DNA from: the human T2T-CHM13v2.0 reference genome, Homo sapiens
Direction: 5' to 3' (one strand)
Assembly: GCF_009914755.1 (NCBI RefSeq)
Contig: NC_060934.1
Length of the DNA stretch: 64,000 nucleotides
In this document: piece after piece, positions 12,355 to 25,286 of the stretch
Layout: every line of letters starts with the position of its first letter
Numbering within the stretch: position 1 is the first letter of the stretch
Made by a program: the position numbers and the translations under genes
Notes under the pieces: model-generated
Seen by the model: the letters and a program-made list of their open reading frames with translations, nothing else
The model's database searches: none
What the model was told of the DNA's origin: nothing

Positions 12355-14115
12355 CTTTTAATCTATTGTCCTTTTAAAAATAGCAGTTTTGGTTTTCAGA
12401 AAAGTTGAGAGAAATATGTAGAAAGTTCCCATATGAACGCTTCCCAACATTTTCCCCTTACTAACATCTCGCCTCAGTGTGGTACATTTGTTACTATTGA
12501 TTGGGCAATGATAACACACAATATTGTTCACCAAAGTCCATGGTTCCATTGAGGTTTGCGCCTAGTGTTGTACATTCTATGGGTTTCGGCAGATGGATAA
12601 CAGGTACCCGCCACTGTGGCATCATACAGAGTCATTTCCCTGCCCTAAAAATCCTCTGCACTCCGCCTGTTCATCCCTCCTCCCCAACTCCTGATCTTTT
12701 TACTGTCTCCATAGTTTTGCCTTTTCTAGAACGTCCCCCAGTCAGAATCGTGATGTCTGTAGCCTTTTCAGATTGGATCCTTTCCCTTAGTGATATGCAT
12801 TTAAGATTTTTCTGTGCCTTTTATTGCTTGATAGCTCATTTTTTAGCACCGAATAACACCGCATTGCCCGGACGCTCCACGGCTTGTCCCTTCACCCACT
12901 GAAGGACACCTTGGTTGCTTCCAAGTTTGGGCAATTGTGAATAAAGCTGCTGTAAACAGGCATGTGCAGGTTTCTGTGTGGACATATGTTTGTAACTTAT
13001 TTGAGTAAATACCAAGGAGAGTGATGGCTGGATCATATGGTACAAGTTTTGCAAAACACAACTTTTCAAAAAGTTTTTAAAGAAACTGCCAATTTGTCTT
13101 CCAAAGCAGCAGCCCCATTTTGCATTCTCACTAAGAACGACTGAGAGTTCCTGTTGCTCCACATCCTTGTCAGCATTTGGTGTTGTCAATGTTTTGGATT
13201 TGGACCATGCTAGTAGGGATGCAGTGGGATCTCATTGCCATTTAATTTGCATTTCCCTTGATGACATATGATGTGGAGTATCTTTTTGTATGCCTACATG
13301 CCATTTATATATATTTTTTGGTACTAGATGTCTGTTCAGATATTTTGCCCATTTTTTAATTGAGTTACTTTGTTTCCTCATGGATAAGTTTTAAGAGTTC
13401 TCAGTCATTTGTCAGTTTTTAAATTTGGAAATACTTTCTCCCAGTCTCTGAGTTATCTTTTTGTTCTCTTACTAGTGTCTTTTGCAGAATAAGTTTTTAA
13501 ATTTGAATAAAGTCTAAGTTATCATTTTTTTCATGGAATATATTTTTAGTGTTGTGTCTAAAAAGTCATTCCCAAATCCAAGGTTACCTAGATCTTCTCT
13601 GATGTTATCTTCTAGGAGTTTTAGAGTTTTGTGTTTTACATATAGCTCCATGATCTACTTTGAGTTAATTTTTGTGAAATTACCTATAGTCTGCGTCTAG
13701 AATTCATTTCTGCAGGTGGATAGCTATGTGTTCCGGCACCGTTGGTTGAAGACACCATCTGCCCTCCTCTGAATTCCGTTGATCCTTTTTCAGAGTTCAA
13801 TGGACTATATTTGTGTGGGTCTATTTCTGGGCTCTCTGTTCTGCTCCATTGATCTTTGTGCCCCCTCTCTTGCTAATGCCACCCTGCCTTGATTCCTGTA
13901 TCTTCATAGTAAGCCTCCATGCTGGATAGCGTCTGTCCTCTGACTTTGCTCTTTCCCTTCAGTATTGTGCTTGTTTTTTCTGGATCTTTTAAATTTATAG
14001 ATAAACTTTAGAATCAGAATTGTTGTCAATAAAATAACTTGCTGAAATTTTAATTGAGATTGCACCAAATCTATCCATCAATCTGGGAAAAACTGACACC
14101 TTGAGAATACTGAAT
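12355..14115 (-). mobile_element. L1MC (L1MC1/2-like) 3' UTR and ORF2 C-terminal part
   Basis: Minus-strand peptide LVPYDPAITLLGIYSNKLQTYVHTETCTCLFTAALFTIAQTWKQPRCPS is the L1 ORF2 C-terminus; L1MC-type 3' UTR. Confidence 0.9.
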
Positions 14116-14749
14116 TGCTGCCTATTAAAAAATTTATAAAGAAGCAAATGTAAGGCTTATAACTGAAATTGTATATTTTAGAATTTCAAATTCCCTTCAT
14201 GAATTCTATACAATTATTTTAAACTTGACTACTTCAGGGTTATTTTAGCTTCTGAAATATATCAAATTAATGTTTGAAGTTAATTCTGAAATCACATGAT
14301 TTGTACTATCAGTTGATTGTCATTCTTAAGCACCCATTTATTTTTCTGCAGAGAATGTTTGAGATACATACAAGAGGAGCTTTTAATGGGAAAAATTATC
14401 AACTGAAACTGTGATTGTCTAAGAAATACCTTTTCATTCCTGGAAAAATATAGCATTGTGTTATATTGAACGAGATTCTGTATTTTCTGTACAGAAGTAA
14501 GGTACAGATATTTAACTGTCACTGAGATCACCCCAATGCTAAAGTGTCTTTTATAAAGAAAATAAATAATCCACTTTCAAAATAAAGGGCTGCTGATAAC
14601 AACAAAATTTTGTTTTAAATCTATTTTCTAAGAGACCTGCATGTAGATTATAGCAACAGTTATCTTTTAGTGGAAGTAATTTATGTGTAATTGGAATTTA
14701 AAGATGGAATGATCTGGATGATTGTGTTATGTTATGCTGTGGTTACTGA

Positions 14750-14935
14750 GGTTAGCAGCTTGGGGCATGGAGGTCATGAGACTAAGGTCGTGACCCAGGA
14801 CCTATGAGGCCGGGGTAGATATACTCAGTGCCTCCAACACAGTCTCTCTCAAGGCATGACCAGCTATCTTGCAAGGTTGATGGTCAGAGGAAAACTGTGG
14901 GCGTGCCTGGAGTAATCTTGGCAAACCCTACTGGG
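14750..14935 (+). mobile_element. Possible MamSINE1 remnant
   Basis: gcatggaggtcatgagactaaggtcgtga and ccagctatcttgcaaggttgatggtcagaggaaaactg resemble recalled MamSINE1 blocks. Confidence 0.45.
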
Positions 14936-15139
14936 CCATGGGAGGGGGGGTGGCAGGTTCAGAGCACAAGACTTTGTGAATTGAAACAGAAGCAGCACTG
15001 TATGTAGATAGAATAAAGCATGAATTCTCCAAAGTAAAACTCACATAAACGTGGGATTCAGCGTTCTACCTTATCTTAATATTATTGCATCCTCTTCTTT
15101 TTTATTTTTTAAATATGGCTTTTAGAATCACTTTTTAAA

Positions 15140-15572
15140 TTTAAATTTAATTTAATTTTTAATTGGTAGATACTAACTGTTCGTAATATATTTATGGGAT
15201 AAGATGCGATGTTTCGATGTGTTTACATTGTAGAATAATTAAATCAAGTTATTTAGCAAATTCATCACCGCAAATACTTATCATTTTTTTTGTGGTAAAA
15301 ACAGTTAACATCTACTGCTTTAGTAATTTTGAAATATACAATGCATTATTATTAATGATAGTCACCATTCTGTGCAATCAATCGCTAAACCTATTCCTCC
15401 TGTATAACTGAAACTTTGCACCCTTGGACCAAGGTCTCACCCTGCCCTGCAAACCCCAACCCTGGCCCTGGTCATGGGAATTCTACTCTGCTTCTGTGAG
15501 TTCCTCTTTTGTAGGTTCTAAACATAACTGAGATCAGACAACATTTGTCTTTCTGTGCCTGGCTTATTTCTC
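15140..15572 (-). mobile_element. L1MA (MA7-9-like) 3' end fragment
   Basis: aaatcaagttatttagc...atagtcaccattctgtgcaat...ctgtgcctggcttatttc, antisense L1MA 3' UTR. Confidence 0.8.
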
Positions 15573-15845
15573 TTCCTTTTCTTCATTTTATTGTCATCGA
15601 TTTAGTTAATTTGGTGTTTTCAGACATATCGTGAGATGCCAGTAAGCATTCGTGGCCATTTAAACATTGAATCATTTGCTACATAAAGTCAAAAGATTAA
15701 TAAGCCTGGCAAGACCAGGCAGAAATAATTCAGTAAAATGTACGGGAGAAGTTTTACTTTTTATTTTCTGTCACATTTAATGTAATCATTCTACATTTTT
15801 CCTTTTTATGTCACCAAACTGGTGCATTTTTGATGCTGTGAACTA

Positions 15846-16325
<480 letters not shown>

Positions 16326-17130
16326 CTACACTTAGGGCTTGCTCCTCCCTGTTGCCAATAATGGATGTTCATTTCTCTTGGTGATGTCAGTGGGAAGCTG
16401 GAAATGCACTCAAGTCAAACATCATTTTTGTCCAAAAAGTCTGAGTTGAAGAGGATGTTGTTGTAGAAACAAAAGAGAGAGATATATACACCCATACATA
16501 TCTCTCTCTTTATGCACATGTATGTACACAGATATCAATGTCTATATCTATATCTATGTATATATGATGAACACTGGAAAAACAGACAAGAAGAAACGAA
16601 GCATGCAGCTCATGTGAATGTGTCAGCAGCTATCCTGTATCCTGAGCTACCCACTTGTCAACTGAACTGCCCAAAATATTCATGGAAGCTTCGCTTGTCC
16701 CAAAGGCCATTATTATTTGTGAGCTAACATGTAAAGTTTGTTATTATAATTTTGACAGCCATTGAAAACAAAACCATCTTAACATCAAATTAATACTTTC
16801 ACCTGATTCAGGATACCTCCTATAAATATATCAAGGTGCGAACATCTCCAACACCATCATTAAACATGCTAACTCTGTTACCAGGCAACACTTTCCTTAA
16901 TCTCTTCATTCAAACAGAGGCGAGAATGTCAAGTTTTAGTATCTCATAGAAGTTGACTCAGGGAAAATCACCAGCATCATGCAGGGATTTGCTTAGGACA
17001 AGAAGATACATTTTGATTTTCAAGTGAAGGATGTGTTGCTTTAAGTTCTATGACATTTTAAAGCATTTCAGTATTTGGACAGATGCCATTTTAAAATAAA
17101 TGCGCTTGTGCCCTGAGTCATAATACTCTT

Positions 17131-17448
<318 letters not shown>

Positions 17449-17756
17449 TGAGATTTTCTTAGGGATTCAAGTGGGAGAAACAGGATGCCTATAAATTTGT
17501 ATTCTTGCTCTACCACGTTGATTATGCCAATTCCTCAAAATTTTTCCACCTGTGGTGTTGCAAGAAGAGGGAGTAGGAAGAAAGAAGGGAGAAAATCGAA
17601 GTGGTGGGAGAGATGTGGAGAGATCTGCGAGCATCTGTTGAAAGGGGTTTCTACAAGGAACTCAAAACAGGCCATTCTTTCCCATTTCTGTCAACATCTT
17701 TGTTTCTTATTCATACATAACCCGTCCAACCCAAGTCCTGTGCTCAAGGACTTGTT

Positions 17757-19945
17757 GTGGGAGAAGGGTGCAGATTACAGACATGGACAGGTGCTTTGCA
17801 ACCTCCAGCAGCAAGAACTGGGAGTTTCCCCAGTCCTTGAACCTGGGCTTGACTTTGACTTGCCTCTGCCAATTGACTGTGGTGGAGGCTTTGTTGGAGG
17901 CTCTGGGTCTTGTTCTCAGGAGGTCTAACGGTTTATTCTGTTGCCCACGGATCTCTGCCAGCCTGTGGGAAAGATGGGACAGCCTTGCTGGGGAGAGAGA
18001 CACTAGGTGGAGAGGAGCTGCCCAGTCCCTGGTGACATTTCCCTTGGCCGGCTGGGCCCTGACAGACTTTGTAGTGTGACCACAGACACTGTATGATCCC
18101 TGTTGAGAAAAACTGTCCAGCTCATCTCAAGCCCAATTGAACACCTGGTTGTTGTTTTAAACCACGAAGTTTGGAAGTGGTTTGTTACTTAGAAGCTTGT
18201 GGATGGAAAAATCACTACCTGGAAGAGGAAGGCTGAAAACAACAGCAATAACAACAGAACAAACTAAAACATGTGACGTCGGCTTTGGGATGAGGTAGGG
18301 AGCAGAGGCTGGGGAAAAGAACTGAAAAAAGGATGAGCAGGTTTTCAGTGGAGGTTGTTTAGAAAACTACACGAAAAACTGGAAAAATGCTGGCCCATGT
18401 TATGTTGAAGCCAGAGAATTAGCACGTCTTCAGCGGTCTCTCGGGTGAGAGAAAATGGGTACTATCAATGTGTGGACCTTGTGGAGGTGATTTCCAGGCA
18501 AAACGTTGAAAGTGTAAGTTGGTTCCTTTTTGCTATTTACGAGAGGACATTAAAAAAAGGGAGGTGAACTCAAGAAATGATTGTTCAGCTTGGATGCAGT
18601 ATTTTGCAGGAAACTACAGTAGGCAGGTCTTGCTAGTTTGAAAAACAAACCTGCTTCTCCTCCATGGGATCCACAGCTGGTAAAAGGCCCTCAATGTGCC
18701 ATGAGGCCCGGAGCCAAAGGTTACATCTAGGGGGTGGTAGGACTGTTTGTTAGGACTTCTGATATGATTAAAGCGCTACAGAGAGAAGACCCTTCAGCTC
18801 TAAGGAAGGGCTAAGAATGAAGGAGTGCTGTCTCTTAGAAGCTTAATCACAAAGTATCTGGAAGCGAGGTTGAGAAAGAAACATGTCTCAAAAACATCTG
18901 AAGGTGTGGCTTTGGTTGACCATAGAGGGCTAGCTTGCAATATATGAAAAGCTCATGACACTTTTAAGAGTGCTGTGCAAGAAAATGTCACCTGATGTTG
19001 TGCTGGGATGGCCTGAGGTGGATGAAAGGGCAAAGAGTCCTCCGGTTTTCCACAGGCAGGAAGCAAGGTGAGGGAGGCCCTATCTGCAAAGCCAGAGGTT
19101 TCTGTGGAAAAGGAAGAGGGCCTTGGAGGAGGATGATAAGAGCCCAGTGGGTGAAACCAAGAGCTGGAGGGAGCAACAGAGAAGGGAGCCCCTTGCAGGG
19201 CACGGCAGGACCGAAGCGCCAGGGCTTCTGAGAGAGGACGGTCTGAAGGGAGGCTCCCGAGGGGCAGAGCTGAGACCTGATGTGGGCACGGCCAGCGCCG
19301 CTAACAGGGAAACGGCAGCTGCCTGGGCAGAATCTCAGAGGTGTTTCGGAACAAGAACTACATCACACCTTGCCTTCCTTCACCGTCCCAGTGGCCGCAC
19401 CTGTCACATGTATGCTGTCCCCAGAACACCAGTGTGTTTTGTGTGTGTGAAAGACAGAAACTGACATTCTAACTCAAAGGTTTCTGCATCACTAGGGGTT
19501 GACTTTGAGGAGTCATGTCTGGACACGATGTGAATGAGGAGATGCTGGACTTTGGGCTGAATTCTACGGTAGGATGAGGCATAGGGGGCTGTGGGTAGGG
19601 TGATAGCCCTGGGCATGTGGGAGGGGTGCAGCTTAGTCATGCCAGAGAGTGAACTGTTGATAATCGATTGACCCAGTGTGGTCCCACGTGAATCACACCG
19701 ATCTCAGAGTAACCCACCTGAGGCAGGGCTCAGGCCTTCGGCTTGCTTTGGCTGATGAGACAAGAGCCCTTGTGGTTTCAACCCAGCCGTGCACGGTGCT
19801 CGCCCCACAGGGCTTGCTCATGCCTGTGCCGGAGTGCAGCCACCTGGCAGCCTGATTGATTACAAACAACCTGTGGGCTGGGGCCTCCACTGTCCCTGCT
19901 GACCGCCAGCCAACGTGCACATGTGTGAGAGAGGCTGTGCAGACT
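17757..19945 (+). mobile_element. MaLR provirus remnant: MLT1G/H-like 5' LTR (~17757-18205), internal region (~18206-19654), partial 3' LTR
   Basis: LTR motifs ccttgaacctgggcttgactttgacttgcctctgccaat and ggttgttgttttaaaccacgaagtttgg...tttgttac; internal motifs taaaacatgtgacgtcggctttgg and gatttccaggcaaaacgttgaa; internal end gccagagagtgaac|tg. Confidence 0.7.
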
Positions 19946-20984
19946 CGTAAATGCTACTTCATTGCCACCAGCAAAATATATCCTGTGTCAGGGACAGAAC
20001 TTTAGAGTAAAATGGTCTGGGTCACCTCACGATTCCCATTCTTGGGCTATTTTTTTACAGCTTCTTGCTCACAAATAAATGTGTCATATTTTCAATTTGT
20101 AATGTGGTGAGAAATGCGGTTTCTTTTCTTTGATTCTAGAATTTGTTTGGATAAATGTGCCTTTGACGTAGATGATATGCAAGATACAGAATTTGACAAA
20201 TGTGTATACCAGTTCTCCTTGGGCAGAATTCCCATCGGAGCCTGTGTTCATTGTTTTACTCGTAAGGTTAGGCTCAGCGTTTGTGATGAACAAGTACTTT
20301 AATTTTATTCCAGTTCTTACTGATGATGCAATATTTTTCTACCTTTATCTACATGAAGATAAGATCAATATGGTTGAATAAAGTCTGCTGTTTATTGCTG
20401 GTATGACCAGTTTATTGCTAGTGTAACTGTAAGTATGAGCAGATATTTACAACTAAGTTTGTTTGTTTGCTTGTTTGTTTGTTTAAGTAGGTCTGACTCC
20501 CAGATTCTGCAAACCCTGAATTAAAGCATTGACAATGGGAATCTCACCTGTCTATCAACAACCCCTTCCACATGGACTCACTTTTCCTCAGCCTCTCCGT
20601 GGCTTGTCCTTTGAATGCTATCATTCTGGTGTTATTACTGTCATTTTTGAAACAGGGCAGTATATGTTGCTGACATTACTAGCTGTAAGTATCCCTGAAA
20701 TGTATAATTTTAGACGTTCCCAGGCTACAGTGGCTGACACTGGCCCCCCTCAAGCTGTCAGAGCAGTGGGGTGGCGCCCCTTGTGCCCCTTGGAACAGAC
20801 GATCCTGGGAGTCTTCTCCACATGAGCTGTGAAAGCTGCACTGCAAGGGATGTGTGTGTTGGTCATATTTGTTTGTGTGTGTGTGTTACCACTTAATACA
20901 GAAGCACCATGCATACTGGGAGAAAACAGCCTCTCTCTTATGAATGCATCCCTGTACTTTAAATACTTTAAAAGGCGTGCAAGG

Positions 20985-21360
20985 GGGCTTTCTACTTCTG
21001 CTTCCAGCTATGAAGAAATGACTGCTGCAAGACGAGATCCTCCTGTAACAACCAGGAAAATGGAAAAAAAAATTATAAGGAGTGATTGTTTTCAGACTTT
21101 GGACAAAGACAGTACCATGCTGTCATCACTTGATGGACGGTATTTATTGCAGAAAAAGGAGGCTAATGAGGTGAGTTCCACATTCATGCTGGTTCTTGGT
21201 CTGGGGACAGTTTTCTACCTCAAGGCAAACTCTGGAGCTCAGTGGAGTGCGGTGACCCCACAGAGCGGAGGACGAGGCAGGGCTCAGAGCCTGGCAGCTG
21301 TGGGTCTTCTATCTGTGTGGCTCAGCCCAGAGGAGAAGGCACTGTGCAGAGCGGGGCACA
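20985..21360 (+). mobile_element. Old L1M 5'-end region
   Basis: cttctgcttccagctatgaag...gattgttttcagactttggacaaagacag resembles ancient L1M 5' UTRs. Confidence 0.5.
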
Positions 21361-21369
21361 GAGTTCCAG

Positions 21370-22022
21370 GCAGAACGTGTGCAGCAGCAGTGGAAATCAC
21401 GCGGATTGTTATTTTGAAGGCAAAGTAGTAGAGCCATTTTGGAACATAATTTGGCAGTTTCTTTTCAGCTTAAACATACTTTTACTGTATGGGTCAATTA
21501 GTAAATGAAAACAAGAGAAATCAAAATGTACCTTGACAAAAGTCTTGTATCTGTATATTCATAAAAAGCTTTATTTAAATAGTCAACATTTGCAGAGAAA
21601 CCCAAAGTCCATCAAACCAATAGAGATGAATACATTGTAGTTCTATCTACATAACAGAATACTATTCAGCCAAAAAAAGACACAGACGGCTTATCCATGC
21701 AACAACCTGGGAGATTCTCAAAAGCATGATGCTGAGTGAAAGGACAAAACATAAAAGATTACATATTGTATAATTTAGGTCCATAAAGTTTTAAATTTCA
21801 TACAATGCAACACTATAGTGGTAAAAAGCAAATAAGTCATTGCTTAGACCAGGTAGCATGGGAGAGATTAACTGCAAAGGAGTGGTAGGAAAATTTGGAG
21901 GTGACAAACATTTACGGTATGATTGTGTTGCTGATTACAAGGCTGGACATGGTGCTCAACCTCAATTTATAAACTTGAAGAATTTTATTAAAATATATCA
22001 TGCCTCAATAAAGCTGCTATAA
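21370..22022 (+). mobile_element. L1ME-type 3' end fragment
   Basis: ccattttggaacataatttggcagtttc...atgctgagtgaaagg...cctcaataaagctg. Confidence 0.7.
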
Positions 22023-22701
22023 ACGTGAATAGAAATAGTCTTTGTCAGACAAACAGAAGCTGAGAGAAAATGTTGCCAGCAGCCCTGCACTGCAAGAAAT
22101 GTTAAAATAAGTTATTTATGCAGAAGAAAAATTACACCAGATGGAAACTTGTATAACAGAAAGAAATGAAGAGCACCAGAAATTGTAAATACAGGCAGAC
22201 GTATCAAAGACGTATTTTCTCACTTGTTAAACTTTTTAACAGATCTTTGACCCTTTAATAAAAAAAATGACAGAAATGTATTGTTGGATTTATAACAAAT
22301 CTAGATTTAAAGTGCCTGACAGCAAAACAAAAACCAAATGGTAGTAGGGGAGTGGAACTATGGTGTTTACATGTACCTACACTGCACGTGAAGGTTCGCT
22401 GAGATCGGTTACAGTGATATGCTGCAGACCCAAGTGCTACCACTGAAAAATAAAGAGATACACCTGTTACGCCATCTTGGAGGTCAGACTGAATCTTAAA
22501 ATCCTTCCACTAATTCCTATGCAGATAGGGAAAAATAAGCAATGGTCACGTGAGACAAAAGGGAAGCTCAGAGCAAGATAGTAGATTTAAACTTAGATAT
22601 TTTTAGAGTACATCCGTTATATAGTAAGCTTACCAATTAGTAGGTGGAGTGCTTTGTCAAGAAAACAAACCACCAAAGATTACTTAAGAAAGGAATATGA
22701 C

Positions 22702-22956
22702 GCACTTTGGGAGGCCGAGGCAGGCAGATCATGAGGTCAGGAGTTTGAGACCAGCCTGGCTGACATGGTGAGACCCTATCTGTACTAAAAATACAAAAAT
22801 TAACTGGGTGTGGTGGTGGGCACCTGTAACCCCAGCTACTCAGGAGGCTGAGGCAGAAGAATCACTTGAACCCAGGAGGTAGAGTTTGCAGTGAGCTGAG
22901 ATCATGCCATTGCACTCCAGCCTGGGTGACAAGACCAAGACTCCGTCAAAAATAAA
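22702..22956 (+). mobile_element. 5'-truncated AluS (Sg/Sc-like)
   Basis: TSD AAAGGAATATGAC (22689-22701) / AAAGGAGTATGAC (22957-22969). Confidence 0.95.
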
Positions 22957-24687
22957 AAAGGAGTATGACTTGTTCTAGATCTAGTAAATAAATAAAATCA
23001 TAAATTACAGTCATCACTAAAATCATTTTCTTAAAGAATATTCTAGTCCCAGTGGCTTTACTGATGATTAGTGTGAAATAAATAAAGGATATGTAATACC
23101 ATTTTACATATTCTTTTCCAGAAAATAGAAGACTTAAGAAGTAGTCAATCCATTTAATGAGGCCGGTATTACCCAAAAATCACAAACACATGTAACAATA
23201 AAAGCAAAGTTCGTGCCAATATTTTCATGAACATAGATACAATAATCCTTAATAAAAATTTAGATCAGCAAATCCAGCTATATTAAAAATTACACATTAT
23301 GAGCAAGTTTATCTAAAGAATGTAATTTTAATTTAACATTTGAAAATTCCTCAACCTGTATCTTAACGGACTTTTAAATAAGAGCTGCACGATGTTCTCA
23401 ATAGATGCAAAAAGGGCACTTGAGAAAATCAAAATTTGTTTAGATGAAACCTACCAACAAACAAGGAAGAGAAGCTTACTTTTTCAATATGATAAGTGAC
23501 ATCCATGAGTTATCTATAGCTAAGATTTGGTAGAGTTAAATTTCTTGCAAGTTATGGTATAGGGCATGAGTGTCCGTTCTCACTACTTTGCTTCAGTGTG
23601 GGATAAAAGTTTCTAGCCCATGCAATATGGCAAGAAAAATAAATAAAGATCATAAATATTAAAATTTCTGTTTGCATGATGCTTAGTTGGATATGCAAAA
23701 AAATGCAATCTACTGGAATTAATGTGAATTTAGCAAAGTTTCAGGATATCAATTTATGATACAAACACCAATTGCATTTTCTCATATTAACAATGAATAA
23801 TGAAAAATGTCTTTTAGAAAAGCATTTATAGTAGCATAAAGACACTAAATACTTTCAAAACTCTTTAATAACAACTAAAATATATTACACAAAAGACTGC
23901 AAAATAAAGCTAAAGGGAAATTTAAAAGATCTTAAAGATTTGAGTGTTATATAATGTTCATGAATTGGAAGACCCAGCATTGCTGTTATTCTCTACCAAT
24001 TAATCTGCAGGTTTCATGCAATCCAAACAAAAGTCCCAGGATGCTTTATTTTGTAGAAATTGACAAGCAGAGTCTATAATTTTATATGGAAATTCAAAGC
24101 ACTCAGAATAGCCAAGAGAAGCTTAGGTAAAAATAAAAGAATGGGAGGACTTACTCGGTCTTATTTCATGACTTACCATAAATTTGTAGTCAATAATAGA
24201 GTATCTTGTTTGTATACCATTAGAAAATTAGACGAATATAGCAAATGAGGAGTCCAAAAATGTATTCATGCTCATTTGGCCATTTGATTACCAACAAAGG
24301 CTCCGCCATAATTTAGTAACAAATGGAAGTTCTCACAATCAATTGTTGCTGAAAAGATATTGATTTCAAATAAAATTAACTTTGACTGCTACCACATAGA
24401 TAAGTAATTTAAATTGGAATTAAGACATTTAACAGTATAAATATTGTAGAAGACAACACTAAATAGTATTTTCACAGGTTTTAGATTGGCACAAGTTTTT
24501 GAATGAACAGCACAGAAGAAAAGCATGCAACATATAGCAAGAAAGATAAATTTAGCTTCATCACAAATGAACATTCCTGCTTATCAAAAGAAACTGTAAG
24601 AACTGGAAAGAGAAGCCACAAATATTTTATATATATATATATATCTGTCAAAAGACTTTCATCTATAATATATATAAAGAAATCCCT

Positions 24688-24718
24688 CAAGAGCAAAACT
24701 CCGTCTCAAAATAAAACC
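24688..24718 (+). mobile_element. Extremely 5'-truncated Alu stub (31 bp)
   Basis: caagagcaaaactccgtctc plus A-rich tail between perfect 11-bp TSD AAGAAATCCCT (24677-24687 and 24719-24729). Confidence 0.85.
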
Positions 24719-25286
24719 AAGAAATCCCTTTAATAAGAATTCCCTTTAATCATAAATTAAAAGATAACCAAATAAATAGAAAATAGAGAAAAGACTTAAT
24801 TGGTTACCTCCCATAAATAGACACATAAATGGCTAATAAGCAAATAAAAGGTGCTCAACACCATTAGTCATCAGAAAATTGCAAGTTAAAACCACAATGA
24901 GATATTCCCATTTTTATACTACAGAGTGACATTAAAATGATTGAAAATACTAATAATAAATCTTGGCAAAAATGTAGATCAACTGGAACTTACAAATATT
25001 GCTACCTGAAGAGTAAAATGATACAAATTTGTTGGAAAACTGTCCACAAATTTCTAATAAAGTTAAACATTTATGTTCATGAGACCCACTGAAAAAATAT
25101 GTCCATTTCTTTTCTACCTGTAAGTAAAAAAAAAAAAAAAAAACTTTACCTTACCAGGTGCCTGCTTACCAGACTACCTACTTACAGGGGGAAAAGAAAT
25201 GAAAAAAACCTATAATAATTCTCTAGGCATGTTTTTATTAATATCAAAAAACAAAATAAAAATAAAAAAACAAAAACTTGTAAAAA

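Larger units (their letters stand above)
22025..25100 (+). mobile_element. Old L1M/L1ME ORF1 end and degenerate ORF2
   Basis: agaagctgagagaaaatgttgccagcagccctgcactgcaagaaatgttaaa (ORF1 end); peptide FIWKFKALRIAKRSLGKNKRMGGLT (ORF2). Confidence 0.8.

Noticed and set aside
17485-18079. Overlapping 98-147 aa ORFs including a GGGFVGGSGS keratin-like patch
   Set aside because: Largely within an MLT1 LTR; the resemblance is coincidental.
20829-21428. 199-aa ORF
   Set aside because: GTG start, spans a (TG)n tract and old L1 sequence, no recognisable domain.
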